Of a stretch of 64,000 nt of DNA, positions 1 to 13,366 are shown piece by piece (within the stretch, counting starts at the first letter, position 1; each line of letters opens with the position of its first letter). A program made the translations under genes and the position numbers. This DNA comes from Cetorhinus maximus (taxonomy: Eukaryota). Under the pieces are notes generated by a model. It was not told the origin of the DNA. It did not search any database and saw nothing but the letters and a program-made list of their open reading frames with translations. The stretch covers positions 121,396,001 to 121,460,000 of the forward strand of contig NC_135882.1 of the NCBI RefSeq assembly GCF_964194155.1. Direction: 5' to 3'.

Positions 1-154
1 GGTAGGCATTTTTAAGATCTAACAAGTGTGAAAGGCCTTCAGTATCTATGCCTCAAACTGCTGTTTTCAAAAAGCTGAAGTTAAGAAAACTCACTGTGAA
101 TTCGACTGGTTCAGGGTATTGTGTCTCACTTTGCCTGGGTCTTTTAAAATCTGT

Positions 155-774
155 GGCCTGAATTTTTCTGGCGGCGGGCAGGCTTGGCAGGAGTGGTCAT
201 GGAGCAGATTGCTGCCCGTGATCGGCTCCGCGCTGCCGTTTTACGTGGGCGGGCCAATTAAGGCTGGCCCAGTGTAAGATGCAAGCTGTAGTGCTCAGCG
301 CAACTTGTGTGGGCAGGGGGGAAAAAGTCGGGGCCAGTACTCTTTCTCACATGCACGCAAAAGAGCACTTCAATCTTCCTGAGGCTGAATCGCTATTGTA
401 AATAATGAATACAAGGTTTAAAAATTTATTCAAACATGTCCCCTCATGTGAGAGGGGACATGTTTTTATATTTATGTAAATTTTTAAATTTAATCAATAA
501 AAGCTTTAGGAAACCCCAATATGCTCGTGGATGAGGTTTCCTAAAAAACACTAAGGCCGCTTGTCCTTTTTGCATGCCCGTCAACCTTAAGGTTGGATGG
601 GCAGCGTTAACAATGACCTTAATCAGTTCCTTAATGGCCTTAATAGGGCGTTTACATATCGGTGGGCGTGCAGCCGACTCCGGCACGTGCCTACCAAACG
701 AAACATCACAATGACATCAGGGCGCATTTTATGTGTCGGCCCCGTTCCCACACGCTGACTGAAAAATCCTGCCC
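155..774. mobile_element. Harbinger-family MITE
   Basis: GGCCTGAATT...AATCCTGCCC, TSD TGT, family palindromes. Confidence 0.88.
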
Positions 775-2006
775 TGTGCCTCTTACTATTACCTTAATGA
801 AAGTGTAACTGGGAGTCAGATTAAGTAGGAGATTTAGAAGTTATCATAGTAGTAATTTGTAGACATATGTATGTGCTTAAAATCATTTTTCTTGTTAACA
901 TAGGTTTTTACGAAACTAGATTAAACATTTAAGGCTTAGTGGTCTTATTACTACTGCATTTAAGGCATGCATCTCGAAATTTATACAAATTGCAAAACAA
1001 GTTGTGGCAGTTGTTTCAAGTTTCCCTCTTGGATTTGAACAACTAAGCAATCATCGTTGGCTGTGCCATAAGATACATACATCTGCATATCATTATAAAC
1101 CTAGCTCGCTGGAATCATCCCCCCACGCTAGATCATCCGAATACGTCAGCGTGAATGCACGCCAATGTGTTTCACAACTGAACATAAGCAACGTTTCACT
1201 TGGCGAGCTGCACTTCACTCAGGACTTCGAGGCTTGTTTTCCCAACTTGCTTCGGGCAGCAATTGTGGTCATCAGCGGCAGGCTTCGCAGGCAGCACTTT
1301 TGGGGGGCTCATGGGCAGGTCTCCACTTACAAGGCCAGCCGTATGGTGGGGGCAGCTTTTCAACGGCTGTAGTGCTATGGCTTCCTTGGGGAAGGGGGAG
1401 AAGTAGCCTCAGGTAAGGAAAGAGGCTGCAGGACTAAGGCATTACTCAGGAAGTGGGGTATCCCAGGGTGTGTGTGGGGGCACATGTTGATCTGTGCAAG
1501 TGGCCTCAAGAGGGTGAGTGCTGAGGAGGCAGTCTCCAGAGGAGATGAGGCCAGATGGAGATGTGAGGGTTTGTGTGAGTAGTTGAGGCCAAAACATTGT
1601 ATGTTTTCAAGAAGGAGTTAGATGTAGCTCTTGGGGCAAAAGGGATCAAAGGATATGGGGAGAAAGCAGGAGCAGGCTACTGAGTTGGATGATCAGCCAT
1701 GATCATAATGAATGGCGGAGCAGGCTCGAAGGGCCGAATAGCCTACTCCTCCTATTTTCTATGTTTCCATGTTAAACGTAACGCTCGGCGTGAAAAAGCG
1801 GCAAAGTAATGGCGTGGCGGGTGAATGAAAACCTGCCCACCATTGAAACGGCGTATTTCCTGGGAATGCATGATTAATGAGGTGGAATTGGGATGATACG
1901 GCACGAAAAGCTGCCAATGCGTCTTAATCAACAGTAACATAGATCTTGCTAATAAAACTACATTATTGTTGCTTACACTTATGATGAGTCCTGTTTCACA
2001 CACAGG

Positions 2007-2692
2007 GGGCTGAATTTTCTCCCTGTTTGGGGGGGGGTTGAAGGGTGGGTGCACATAGGCGTGCTTCCGATCGCGCCCCCAATTGGAGGCGCGGCGTCAT
2101 TTTACGTAGGCGGGCCAATTAAGGCCCACCTAGTGTGACGTCCGCACAGAAGTGCTATTCGCTCCCTGTGCAGGTGGGGGGAATCCCAAAATCGAGAGTG
2201 TGCTCTTCCGTGCATGCGCACTCATCTCCCTGAGGCTAAGTGCAGCCTCAGGGAGATCGGCTCAAAATGTTAAAAACCTAAAAATAGAAAAATAAAATTT
2301 CCCTAACATGTCCCCTCATGTGACAATGTCACATGAGTTGGGACATGTCCATAATTATTACAAAATCTTTATTAAAATTTTAAAAAACCGACATGAAAAC
2401 TCATCCTGCCCGTGGCTTAGGTTTCATGCCTTTTCTAGTTTGCGCTGGGGCTCCTGGCCTGCCCGTCCAACCTTCAGGTTGGACGGGCAGGTCCTTTAAT
2501 TACTTAATTAACCGTCAATGGCCTCAATTGGCCATTGACAGGTTGGTGGGTGCACAGCTGATTTCGCTGCGTCCCCACCTTCTTGAAAATTTAAATGAGG
2601 CGCGGTGACATCGGGAGTTCCCCCTCGACGTCACCGCGCGTCGGTGAGCGGGCCTCGTCCCCACCCGCTGACACGTAAAATCCTTTTGCCCC
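2007..2692. mobile_element. Harbinger-family MITE
   Basis: GGGCTGAATTTT start; same internal palindromes; right end degenerate. Confidence 0.82.
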
Positions 2693-3129
2693 AAGAGCTA
2701 CATCTAACTCCTTCTTGAAAACATACAATGTTTTGGCCTCAACTACTCACACAAACCCTCACATCTCCATCTGGCCTCATCTCCTCTGGAGACTGCCTCC
2801 TCAGCACTCATCCTCTTGAGGCCACTTGCACAGATCAAATCCTGGAGCTGGTCTGGTTGTGTGATGTCATACGAGTGGTGGGGATGAGGGTTATGGCTTA
2901 TTTTCTCTTATGGCCTCAGCCATGGCATTGTGTGTCAGTGACTTGCATTTTGGACCAGCCTGCAGACCACCTGGAAAACTCTTGTGGATCACCAGTGATC
3001 CATGGACAACACGAGTAAATAGCAATAGCAAAATCAGTCCTAACATCTTCTGCCTGAGTCAGTCACAAGGGGGCATAAGTTCAAGGTGAGGGGCAGGTGG
3101 TTTAGGGGGGATGTGAGGAAAAATAGTGT

Positions 3130-3780
3130 TATGAACTGAAATTTTGAATTCAATGTTTAGGCCGGAATGCCTAATCAAAAGATAAGGTGCTGTTCCTTGA
3201 GTCTCTGTCAGACTTCTTTAGAACAGCATAGGAGACAAAGGTCAGAGAGGTCAAAGTGCGAAGCAATGAATTAAAATGACAAGCAACTGGAAGCACAGGC
3301 TACTCTGGCGGACTGAATGGAGGTGTTCTGAAAAATAATCATCCAGCCTGCACTTGGTCTCTCCAACGGATAGCGGACTGCATCATGAGAAGTGAATAGA
3401 GAATACGAAATTAAAAATACAAGTAAATCACTGTTTTGCCTGAAAGGATTACTTGGGGAGGAGAGTAAAAAGGGAAGTGGTTAAAAGGCAGGTGTTGCAT
3501 CTCTTACTCTTACACGGGAAGATGGCATGGTGAGATGAGGGGGATGGGGTTTGGGGTGATGGAAGAATGGGCCAGGATGTCGTGGAGGGAATGATCCCTT
3601 CGGAATGCTGAAAGGGCAGATGAGGCAAATATGTGTTTGGTGGTACAGGAAGGTGGCAGAAATGGTGGAGGATGATCCATTGAATATGGGGCCTGGTGCA
3701 GTGGAAGATGAGGACAAGGTGAATCCTATCATGGTTCTGGGAGGGAAGGAGTATCATAGTCAGCAACTCAGTGGGAATGG
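3130..3780 (-). mobile_element. Penelope-like element remnant (GIY-YIG linker region)
   Basis: LVLIFH...IQWIILHHF and IFPCKSKRCNTC Cys motif, typical of PLE ORFs. Confidence 0.7.
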
Positions 3781-4479
3781 TATTGAGAGCACTGTCCCTC
3801 TGGACAATGGACACAATGCACTTTACTATCACCCTCTGTTTTGATTTCAAAACTAATTCACAAATTTTCTGTATTTCCATCTCTCCTATTTTCTTGTCAT
3901 ATAGCTATTCATATGTCCCTGGTTTCTTTAATGCTTCCTTCTATTAATTAAATGCGATAATTTGTAACCGTACAATCATTACGTTGATAGTTCTTTGCTG
4001 CTTTCCAATTTTCAATTCCCCCTCCTCTTTCCAATTCTGGTAATATGCTTTATTTTTCTATGTTCCTGTTCGAAGAGTAAAATGCTGAAATCCTGATCGT
4101 TGGTTCTTTCAACAGATGCAGACTGACCAATGAATCTAGAAATTTGCTTTTCTTAAAGAGTGTATAGGACTGCACTAAAATTATCCTGATACTACCAATA
4201 TAATAGAAGTGTGTCTGTATATGCACCATTTTAATGCTCCAAATACATACTGTTGCTTAGTGCTCCAGTCATTTCAAACACAGAAGATTTCACAGTGACA
4301 AAGTAGTTCAATGAAACTCCTTCATGGTCGTTCTTAACTCTTACCTATTTCAACCTGACTCTCAGCTCATGAGCTGGCAGCTTTGGTATATTTCACTGGT
4401 TTGTAATATCATTTTATAAAGTGTCAACTAAGCTAATTAAGCGACTGCCAGATTTGTATAATTCAGCCACTCAGAGCAT

Positions 4480-5205
4480 AGAAGTGCTGAGGAACAAAGG
4501 GACCTTGGCATGTGTGTCTGTAGATCTCTGAAGGCGGAGGGGCATGTTAGTGGGGTGGTGAAAAAGGCATATGGGACACTTGCCTTTATCAATCGAGGCA
4601 CAGATTACAAAAGTAGGGAGGTCATGTTGGAGTTGTATAGAAACTTGGTGAGGCCACAGCTGGAGTACTGTGTGGGTTCTGGTCGCCACATTATAGGAAG
4701 GATGTGATTGCACTGGAGGGGGTGCAGTGGAGATTCACCAGGATATTGCCTGGGATGAAACATTTAAGTTATGAAGAAAGGTTGGATAGACTTGGGTTGT
4801 TTTCGTTGGAGCAGAGAAGGCTGAGGGGTGACCTGATCGAGGTGTACAAGATTATGAGGGGCATGGACAGGGTGGATAGGGAGTAGCTGTTCCCCTTAGT
4901 TGAATGGTCAGTCACAAGTGGGCATAAGTTCAAGGTGAGGGGCAGGAGGTTTAGGGGGGATGTGAGGAAAAACTTTTTTACTCAGAGGGTGGTGACGGTC
5001 TGGGATGTGCTGCCTGGGAGGGTGGTGGAGGCAGGTTGCCTCATATCCTTTAAAAAGTACCTGGATGAGCACTTGGCACGTCATAACATTCAAGGCTATG
5101 GGCCAAGTGCTGGTAAATGGGATTAGTTAGGTAGGTCAGGTGTTTCTCATGTGTCGGTGCAGACTTGATGGGCCAAAGGGCCTCTTCTGCACTGTGATTC
5201 TGTGA
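4480..5205 (+). mobile_element. CR1 LINE 3' fragment
   Basis: LYRNLVRPQLEYC, RRLRGDLIEVYKIM, KNFFTQRVV; tail ctgtgattctgtga. Confidence 0.9.
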
Positions 5206-5327
5206 TAGAGGACAGAAACCACTGTGGTTTGGTGTAATACCTCTGGCACCTCAGAATCAAGATTTACTTGGTAACCATTTTCGTTTTAACTCTATAAAAA
5301 GGGAGGATAACATAGGGTGGAATTTAT

Positions 5328-5900
5328 GGGGAGACGATGGCGTAGTGATGATGTCACGGGATCAGTGATCCAGAAGCCCAGGCTAATGCTCTGGGTACAG
5401 GGATTAGGGCCATCGAAAAATTACAGCACAAAGTGACCATCATTCAGCCTATCGTGTCTGCGCTGGCAGAAAAAAAACTAGCTGCCCATTTTAATCCCAC
5501 CTTCCAGCACCTGGTCCGTAGCCTTGCAGGTTACAGCACTTTAGGTGCAGATCCAGGTGCCTTTTAAATGAATTGAGGGTTTCTGCCTCTGCCACCAAAC
5601 CAGGCAGTGAATTCCAAACACTCACCACCCTCTGGTGAAGAAGTTTTTCCTCATGTCCCCTCTAATCCTTCTACCAATCTAAACTTAAACACTTTAAATT
5701 AAAACCTGGAATTGAAAGCTAGTCCCAGTAACAGTGACCGTGAAACTCTCAATTGTCGAAAAACCCACCTGGTTCACTAATACCCTTTAGGGAAGGAAAT
5801 CTGTTGTCCTTATCTGGTCTGGTTCCAGAGCCACAGCATGTGCTCTTAACTGCCCTTGGAAATGGCCCAGCAAGCCATTCAGTTCAAAGGGTGATTGGAG
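5328..5900 (+). mobile_element. tRNA-derived SINE interrupted by a CR1 tail fragment (~5410-5680, -)
   Basis: Head and body match the SINE at 12059. Confidence 0.72.
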
Positions 5901-6765
5901 GGGGGAGGGGGGCCAGGTGAGGGGTATTTAACCAGGTGGGGATCCTGCTGCCTTCCTGCCTCCACCCTGATTAAGTTTGTGGCGCGAAGTCCATGGACTG
6001 CCTACTTGCAAGCAACTGAGGCCCTTAAGTGGGCAATTAACGTCTGATCGAGGGACTCGAAATCGGGAAGGGTGCTGCTGAGAACCAACCCTCTGCCCTC
6101 TGTCGGCCCTTCTCTGTGGGTCCCTACAACCCTCTCCCACTGTGGCCTGGAATCCAATGATGATACTTGGCCTCGGGTGGGTGTGGTACCGGCAGTAGCA
6201 CCCACCTCCCCAGTGGCGCTGCTGTTCAATAAGACCTGGCTGGCAGCTCTAACTGGATGACACTTCAACCCCTGGGGTCCTTGATCCTGGGAAAAGCCAC
6301 CTGCTGTTCAGTTAAGTGCCTGTGTGGCCTGCCGAAAAAGAGGTGATATAGGACTCTCGCTAGCACTCCAGCTGGTGGGCGAGACTCCTGTCCCCTCCAT
6401 TAAATACTGTACTAAATCTGCATTTTAGTTCACTAGGGAGGTCGTACAAAGAGACTATTGCTACATGCAGTTTTACTCAGGGTTGAAATGAAAACAGATT
6501 AAACCACCTAGTCATGCATTAGCTAAATTCACAAAATGCTTTTGTTATAAAAAAGTACAGTAAAGACGAGCTAAAAAAGGGAATGTGAGACAAAGCAAGC
6601 AAACGCCAGAATAGATTAATAGATAACATAAAAGGGAACCAAAAATTATTGTATAGACATCTAAATATTACAAGGAGGGATGGGGGTGATTAGAGACCAA
6701 AATGGAGATCTTCACGTGGAGGTAGAGGACATGGCCCAGGTATTTAATAAGCATTTTGACTGATC

Positions 6766-8890
6766 CTAGTGGAACCCAAACTGAGCGTCAGTGAGCAGGT
6801 TATTGCTAAGCAAGTGGCGCTTGATAGCACTATTGATGACCCCTCCCATCACTTTACTGCTGATCGAGAGTAGACTGATGGGGTGGTAATTGGTAGGTTG
6901 AATTTGTTCTACTTTTTGTGTACAGGACATGCCTGGGCAATTTTCCACATTGACACATAGATGCCAGTATTGTAGCTGCACTGGAACAACTTGGTTAGTA
7001 CTATTGCCGGAATGTTGTTAGTGCCCATAGCTTTGCAGTATCCAGTACCTTCCGCCATTTCTTGATATCATGTGCAGTGAATCGAACTGGCTGAAGACTT
7101 GCATTTTGATGCTGGGGACCTCCGGAAGAGGCAGAGATGGATCATCCACTCGGCACCTCTGGCTGAAGATTGTTGCAAATGCTTCAACCTTATCTTTTGC
7201 ACTGATGTGCTGAGCTCGCCCATCATTGAGTATGGGGATATTTGTGGAGCCTCCTCCTCCAGTGAGTTGTTTCATTGTCCACCACCATTCACGGTTGGAT
7301 GTTTCAAAGCTCCGTTGGTTGTGGAATCGCTTAGCTCTGTCTATCGCATACTACTTATGCTGTTTGTCATGCATGTAGTCCTGGGTTTTAACTCCACCAA
7401 GTTGACACCTCACTTTTAAGTATGCCTGATGTTGCTCCTGGCATGTCCTCCTGCACTCTCCATTGAACCAGGGTTAATCTCCCGGCTTGGTGGTAATGGT
7501 AGAATGGGGGATATGCCAGGCCATGAGGTTACAGATTGTGGTTGAGTACAATTCTGCTGCTGCTGATGGCCTACAGTGCCTCATGGATGCTCAGTCTTGA
7601 TGTGCTAGGTCTGTTTGAAATTCAATTTTTTTTATATTTAATAATTTTTCATTTTTTTATCCCTTTCCCCAAACCTCCCTCCCCCAACAGGGCCATCTGT
7701 CACTTGTTTTTATGTTTTGCTTTCACAAGTGTTGACCCTTGTTCTGCTATTAACACCTTCTGCTATCCTACCTTTATGCCACTCACAGCACCTTCTTTAC
7801 TCTTCACCGCTACCATTAACACTCCCTTTGTCTTGTGTCCATGACATCTTTGTCAATCACTCCTTAGCTGTCACCTATCCTTGACCTTCTATCTAATTCC
7901 ACCTACTCTACTCCCTCTTAAACAGTATAAAATCCATCATATTTCTACTCTTTCTCTTTGAAGAAGTCATACAGACTCGAAACTCTGTTTCTCTCCCCGC
8001 AGATGCTGCCAGGCTTGCTGAGTTTTTCCAACATTTTCTGTTTTTATTACTGTTTGAAATCTATCCCGTTTAGCATGGTGGTAGTGCCACACAACATGAT
8101 GGAGGGTGTCCTCAATATGAAGACGGGACTTTGTCTCCATAAGGACTGTGCGGTGGTCACTCCTACCGATACTGTCATGGACAGATGCATCTGCGACAGG
8201 CAGACTGGTGAGGATGAGGTCAAGTATGTTTTTCTCTCTTGTTGGTTCCCTCATCATATGCTGCAGACCCAGTCTAGCAGTTCTGTCCTTTAGGACTCAG
8301 CCAGCTAGATCAGTAGCAGTGCTACCAAGCCATGATGGACATTGTAGTCCCCACCCAGAGTACATTCTGCATCCTTGCCACCTTCAGTGCTTCCTCCAAG
8401 TGGTGTTCAACATGGAAGAGTACTGACTCTGAGGGGTACAGTACATGGTAATCAGCAGGTGATTTCCTTACGCACGTCTGACCTGATGCCATGAGACTTC
8501 ATGGGGTCTGGAGTCGATGTTGAGGACTCCCAGAGCAACTCCCTCCTGACTCTAAAGCACTGTGCCGCCACCTCAGCTGCCCTGTCCTGCGGGTGGGACA
8601 GGACATACTCAGGGATGGTGATGGTGGAGTCTGGGTCGTTACCTGTACGGTATGACTCCATGAGTATGACAATGTCAGGCTGTTGCTTCACTAGTGCGTG
8701 GATAGCTCTCCCAAGTTTGGCATAGGTCCCCAGATGTTAGTAAGGAGAATTTTGCAGGGTCGGCAGGGCTGAATTTGCCATTGTCGTTTCTGGTGCCTGA
8801 GTTGATACCGAGTGGTCCGTCCAGTTTCATTCCTTATAGACTTCGCAGCTTGATACAACTGAGTGGCTTGTTAGGCCATTTCAGAGGGAC
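6766..8890 (-). mobile_element. CR1/L2-clade LINE remnant (endonuclease to RT), interrupted by a Penelope-like fragment
   Basis: QPDIVILMES, EPTREKNILDLILT, IGRSDHRTV, NYHPISLLSISSKVM, DAQFGF. Confidence 0.85.
7640..8050 (+). mobile_element. Penelope-like 3' terminal fragment
   Basis: Ends ..gaagtcatacagactcgaaac..gatgctgccaggcttgctgagtttttccaacattttctgttttt, like other PLE ends in the window. Confidence 0.6.
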
Positions 8891-8933
8891 TGACAAATAT
8901 TTCTAGCATTCCTATTTCGATAAAGCTCAACAA

Positions 8934-9335
8934 TTATTACTGCCGTCACTGAACGTGGGTGGAGTTAATGTTTTCACCCCTGTTAGTCTGTTTGTCTATA
9001 AACAATATATCTCAAAAACTAATGCACCAATTTCAGCAAAACACAGTGCACAGATAGGGTACAGTCCAAGGAAGAACTGATTAGATTTTGGTGACGATGC
9101 AGGTCTGGATCTAAATCATGGAATTTTTTGAAAGAATGCTTTAACATTGGAAATAGGGTGAGTTTACCTTTTTTTAGAATGTTGTGGGTTGTTTTATTTA
9201 GAATGTTGCTGATTGGTTTAGAATGTTCTGGATTGTCTCAGCTGCTGTGGTGGACTTTGTCACAGCTGTCAAAACGTGAGCAGAGTTTTCAGAACAGGTT
9301 GTTGGATGTGAATTGGCCTGAAGCCTCCCCAGTGA
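8934..9335 (+). mobile_element. Possible DINE/HINE-like (Helentron-associated) short element
   Basis: ttattac...ggagttaatgttttcacccc followed by (TGTC/TGTT)n and atatctcaaaaact; recognised by pattern only. Confidence 0.35.
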
Positions 9336-9533
9336 GATGAAAGCTCTTAATAAAAAGATTTCTTTTTTCAGCTTTATAGTTACAGAGCATCAACCAGGCA
9401 GGGAAAAGTCTCAAGAGCTGCTTAATGGTAATAACATTGAGTTAACACAGCATGGCAGAAGTATGCTCTCTACTGAGAACCCTCATCACTTGTTTACACA
9501 ATGCAGAGTCCTTTATAAATATTTGCTCCTTAC

Positions 9534-9583
9534 CTGAACAAGTCATCAGCAAGATTATCTTCTTTAGCTTGCTGGCTTTGCTC
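9534..9583 (-). CDS. NBN: NBN exon 15 (ATM-binding C-terminal motif)
   Basis: EQSQQAKEDNLADDLFR, like human AKEESLADDLFR; 50 nt, AG/GT. Confidence 0.95.
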
Positions 9584-9814
9584 CTGTGTCAAACAAATTA
9601 TGGAATATATTACTCTGGAGTTTGCATGTAATTAAAACACATTCAGATTGAAGAAATATTTAGTGTAAGTTTAACACAAACTCTTTAGCCAGGGTTTTCT
9701 GCTTCTATGGTCAGCCTGCCAGAATTTTTCATGCGTTCAAGTGAATTAAAAAAATATTGCAGGCTGGTGAGTGGAGAACAAAGCCGAGGCCTTCATCACT
9801 AATCCATGTCATAC

Positions 9815-9928
9815 CTCCACTTCTTGTCTTAACCATTCTTCCATTTCTGAGTTCTTTTTGGTTTGGTAAGCCTTTAGATCTGTGCCCCCAATAATTTTAG
9901 GAAGTTCTTCTGCCCCAGGGTACAAAAC
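9815..9928 (-). CDS. NBN: NBN exon 14
   Basis: [38 protein letters not shown]; 114 nt, AG/GT. Confidence 0.96.
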
Positions 9929-10559
9929 CTATAACAATGGAAATAGTTTTAACAAATTGTTAGCTAAAATAACAGAGAATTAATGAATGCATAATGTTCA
10001 AACATGCATTTAATAAAAATCAGTCCAAAGATGCTGAATGAAAGCATATTCCCACACAGGCAGCACATTCTCTTGTATAGTTTCCATCTAAACAGGTCAC
10101 AAGCAATTAGCTACCTTTAAGCACAAAACACTTTCTTGGACAGACACAGAACTGCTTGTAATGACATAGGGCTGTATCTTGCTGCAGCAGGCCATTTCAC
10201 AACTTTTTTTGCATTCTTCAACTCAAAAAGCTGTCCACAGAAGCCAAATGCTTTATCGCTGGGGTGCGTTGCGCCACCAGCCATTTCTGCCATGGCTCAG
10301 CTGGTGCACCTTGAGAAAGGCGTGAGCCAGAAGCAACTGCCTTGGCACTCTCCTGATGACACACAGCCCTTCTGGACTTCCTAATTTGGACTGGGAAAGC
10401 CCACTGAACAAATTCCTCAATCAATGAAGGTCAAATGCTGAGCTGCAAACGAGCCTTGAACCAGTGTTAAATAGAGAGCCAGTTTGAAAAACTTCTTTTT
10501 CTGTTGTAAAGTGCCTGGACATAGACTGCAGTGATTTTGGAGGTGCCGACCTGGATTTG

Positions 10560-11970
10560 GCAGAGAGGATTCCTGTATCCTTACAAGGAGGAAAGAGGGT
10601 TAGGTGACCTGTCCATTCAAGGCCAGGGATAGAGAAAGGATGCCAGAGAGGAGAAACAATGCAAAGCCCTCTGCCAAATTGGAGCGAGACTCCTCCATGT
10701 TCCTTGACAGTGACAGGAGGCTGTCTGGTAGGCCAGCAAATGCACCAAGCATCTCAGCATGCATGTCCATCACTGTCCTCCTGCATGCCGACCCATTGAG
10801 GTCCTCTGCAGCAGAGCTCATCTGCAGTTTTGCCTTCCAGTGAGATGGCAAACAAACCACCCTTTTCCCTGGCGTAGCTGGAAAGTGAACTTCCTTCCTA
10901 ACAGCACTGTCCCTGTTCCTACAACACATCAACTGCAGCGGTCCAAGAAAGCAGCACACCACCACCGTCTCAAAGGTAATTAGGGCTAGGCAATAAATGT
11001 TGGCCTAGCCAGTGACACAACATCCCATGAACATATAAAAAAAAAGCTGCAGCCCACTCATGCTCGATGCCTCACCACCTGCTAAATCCCAACTCTATGT
11101 TAGCCTCCAAGCTACGTGCAAGTGCCAGTATCTGCGCTGGTGGCTGTGAGCATCAGATCAAATGACAGGGCCTCTTCATCAGTGCTGTGCTGTTGCTCTC
11201 TTCCTCCTTGGGCTGTTGTAGCTGGGCAGATGGCAGTTTTCAGGTGTTTGAAAACAGAAAATCAGAAGGGAAAGAACTGTGTGCAGAAAGGGGGTTGAGT
11301 TGGGAAGCAAGATGTCCATGGTCACACCATCAGCAGCTTGCTCATTATGCCAAATCTCAGAATGAAAGCAAGTTGGAAGTTGAGGGGACATAAGGCAGGA
11401 GTACCGTCATCCTCAATGTTCTCAGCGACACCTGATGATGTGGGGGCTGTTGCTACCAGCCCAGAGATGCAGATATCTTGTCTCCCACCAGCTCAGGTCT
11501 GCTCTCTTCTATTGTGTGCCACCTTGTCCTGCAGGAGGACAGAATATCAGTGATTGTATATTTGGGTGCTGTGTCTGCCAAGGTTGAATAATTGAAAGTA
11601 TGTGGAGGCAGTGAGAGGTGGGCGTCAGGCTCACAACATTGGTAGGTGTGAGGGTGAGGCGGAGTATCTGGATGTTAGGCATGGATTCTGAATGCCAGGG
11701 CATGCTGATGGGTGATGATGAGCTTGTAGTGCATTGAGCAGCATGAGAGGCGGGTGCTGTGGCGGGTAGGAGATATCATGTGAAGATGTGTTCACTGACT
11801 TTAACCACCACCTGTGTGAGGTCAGCAGACTTCTAGTTGCACTGTTGGGAATTGATCTCCCTAGTCACCTGCTCCCAATTCCTATTTAGGGTGGCTCTTC
11901 AAGGCCTCCTGGCCAACCCCCTTAACCATGGCATCCCTCCTCCTGCTCACTGTCACCGCTGATGCTGCAT
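10560..11970 (-). mobile_element. Degenerate Harbinger Myb-like gene remnant
   Basis: Minus strand 11790-11960 reads ...RRRDAMV...NRNWEQVTREIN..QQC..DLTQV; a coiled-coil-like ORF lies at 10600-10965. Confidence 0.4.
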
Positions 11971-12058
11971 CTATCACTTTTGACTCCTCTCTCTACTCTG
12001 GTGTTTCATTTTCCCTCTTTTAGATTCCAGCAATATTATTCAGTGCAGCTTTCTTTTA

Positions 12059-12380
12059 AGGGGAGATGGTGGCGTAGTGATAATGCCACTGGACCAGCAA
12101 TCCAGAGGTTCAGGCTAATGCTCTGGGGACAGGGGTTCAAATGGCAGTTGGTGGGATTTACTAATTGATAAATTAATTAATAAATCATTAACTGATTTAT
12201 CAATTAATAAATCTGGAATATTGTCATAAAAACCCATCTGGTTCACTAATGTCCTCCACAACAATGTGGTTTAACTGCTCTCTGAAATGGCCTAGCAAGC
12301 CACTCAGTTCAAGGGCAATTAGGCATGGGCAACAAATGCTGGCCTTGCCAGTGATTCCCGCATCCCATAAAGGAATAAAT
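12059..12380 (+). mobile_element. tRNA-derived SINE
   Basis: A-box TGGCGTAGTGA, B-box GGTTCAAA; 3' tail shared with the LINE at 26437. Confidence 0.8.
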
Positions 12381-12612
12381 TAAGAAGAGGGACAGACTGC
12401 ATTTAAAAACAAGTTCTGGAAATTTGCAACTCATGGCACATTGCTTAATCCCTGAACTTGCTGGCAGATTTACACATCAACAAAGGCGTTGTGACAGCCA
12501 AGATCGATTTTCACACGATAAGCGTAGAGAATGATCATTCTTTCTTGGAAACTGGAACACCAAAAACTACCTAGAATTATAAGATGAAAGCAGAACATAA
12601 TACGTTACAAAC

Positions 12613-12774
12613 CTTTTTAAATTTCTTAAAGTTCTTCAATTGGCTGTTCTCTGCATTTGAGGAAAGTATTCTTCCTCTTCCAGGCTGGCTAACAACGAGT
12701 GACTTGAACACAGTTAACAGAAGTCTACTTGGAAGAGCCTCATTATTTTCAGATTCACAAAGTAATTCCAAATA
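12613..12774 (-). CDS. NBN: NBN exon 13 (MRE11-binding region)
   Basis: ...LPSRLLLTVFKSLVV...LKNFKKFKK; NFKxFxK motif; 162 nt. Confidence 0.95.
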
Positions 12775-13366
12775 CTAAAAGCAAAGCAAACATATTAGCA
12801 TAATTATCACAGAAATTGCTGATTCACAATTGCTCATTTGATCACTGAGTTGATCATCCTGTCATGCCCTCTCAGTGTTTCAATGAAATCATCTCTCATT
12901 GTTCTAAATTCAAGACAGTTTAGGCCCATTCTACTCAATCCCCTCATAAGACAATCCTTTTAGCCCAGGAATAAATCTAGTGAACCTTTGTTACACCCTT
13001 CAAGGGTATATCCCTCCTTGGATAAGGAGATGAAAACTGCACACAGTACTCCAGGTCCGGTCTCACCAAAAATTGCAACCTGACTTCCATACTCTTCTAA
13101 AAATGACCCATAGATGTTGAGAGGCTGTTTCTCTTGGCTAGAGCTCATAGTCCTAATGGCCTAATCTTGAGACTGAGATGAAGAAAAATCTTTTCACTCA
13201 GAGGGCGGTAAATCTTTGAAATTCTCTACTGAGAGGCTCAGTTGTTGAGATTGGTAATTTTTTGGGGCAAAATGGGAATCAAAGGATACAGGGAGAGGAC
13301 TGGAAAGTGAAGTTGATGTAGAAGTTCAGCTTGAGCAAACTCAAGGAGCTGTATGGTCTGCTCCTG

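Noticed and set aside
1030-1590. 122-aa ORF at 1004-1372
   Set aside because: No recognisable domain; it lies among TE fragments and is likely a degenerate transposon piece.
9060-9115. Candidate NBN last exon (ag|ATCCAGACC..)
   Set aside because: It lies inside a probable repeat and does not resemble the NBN C-terminus.
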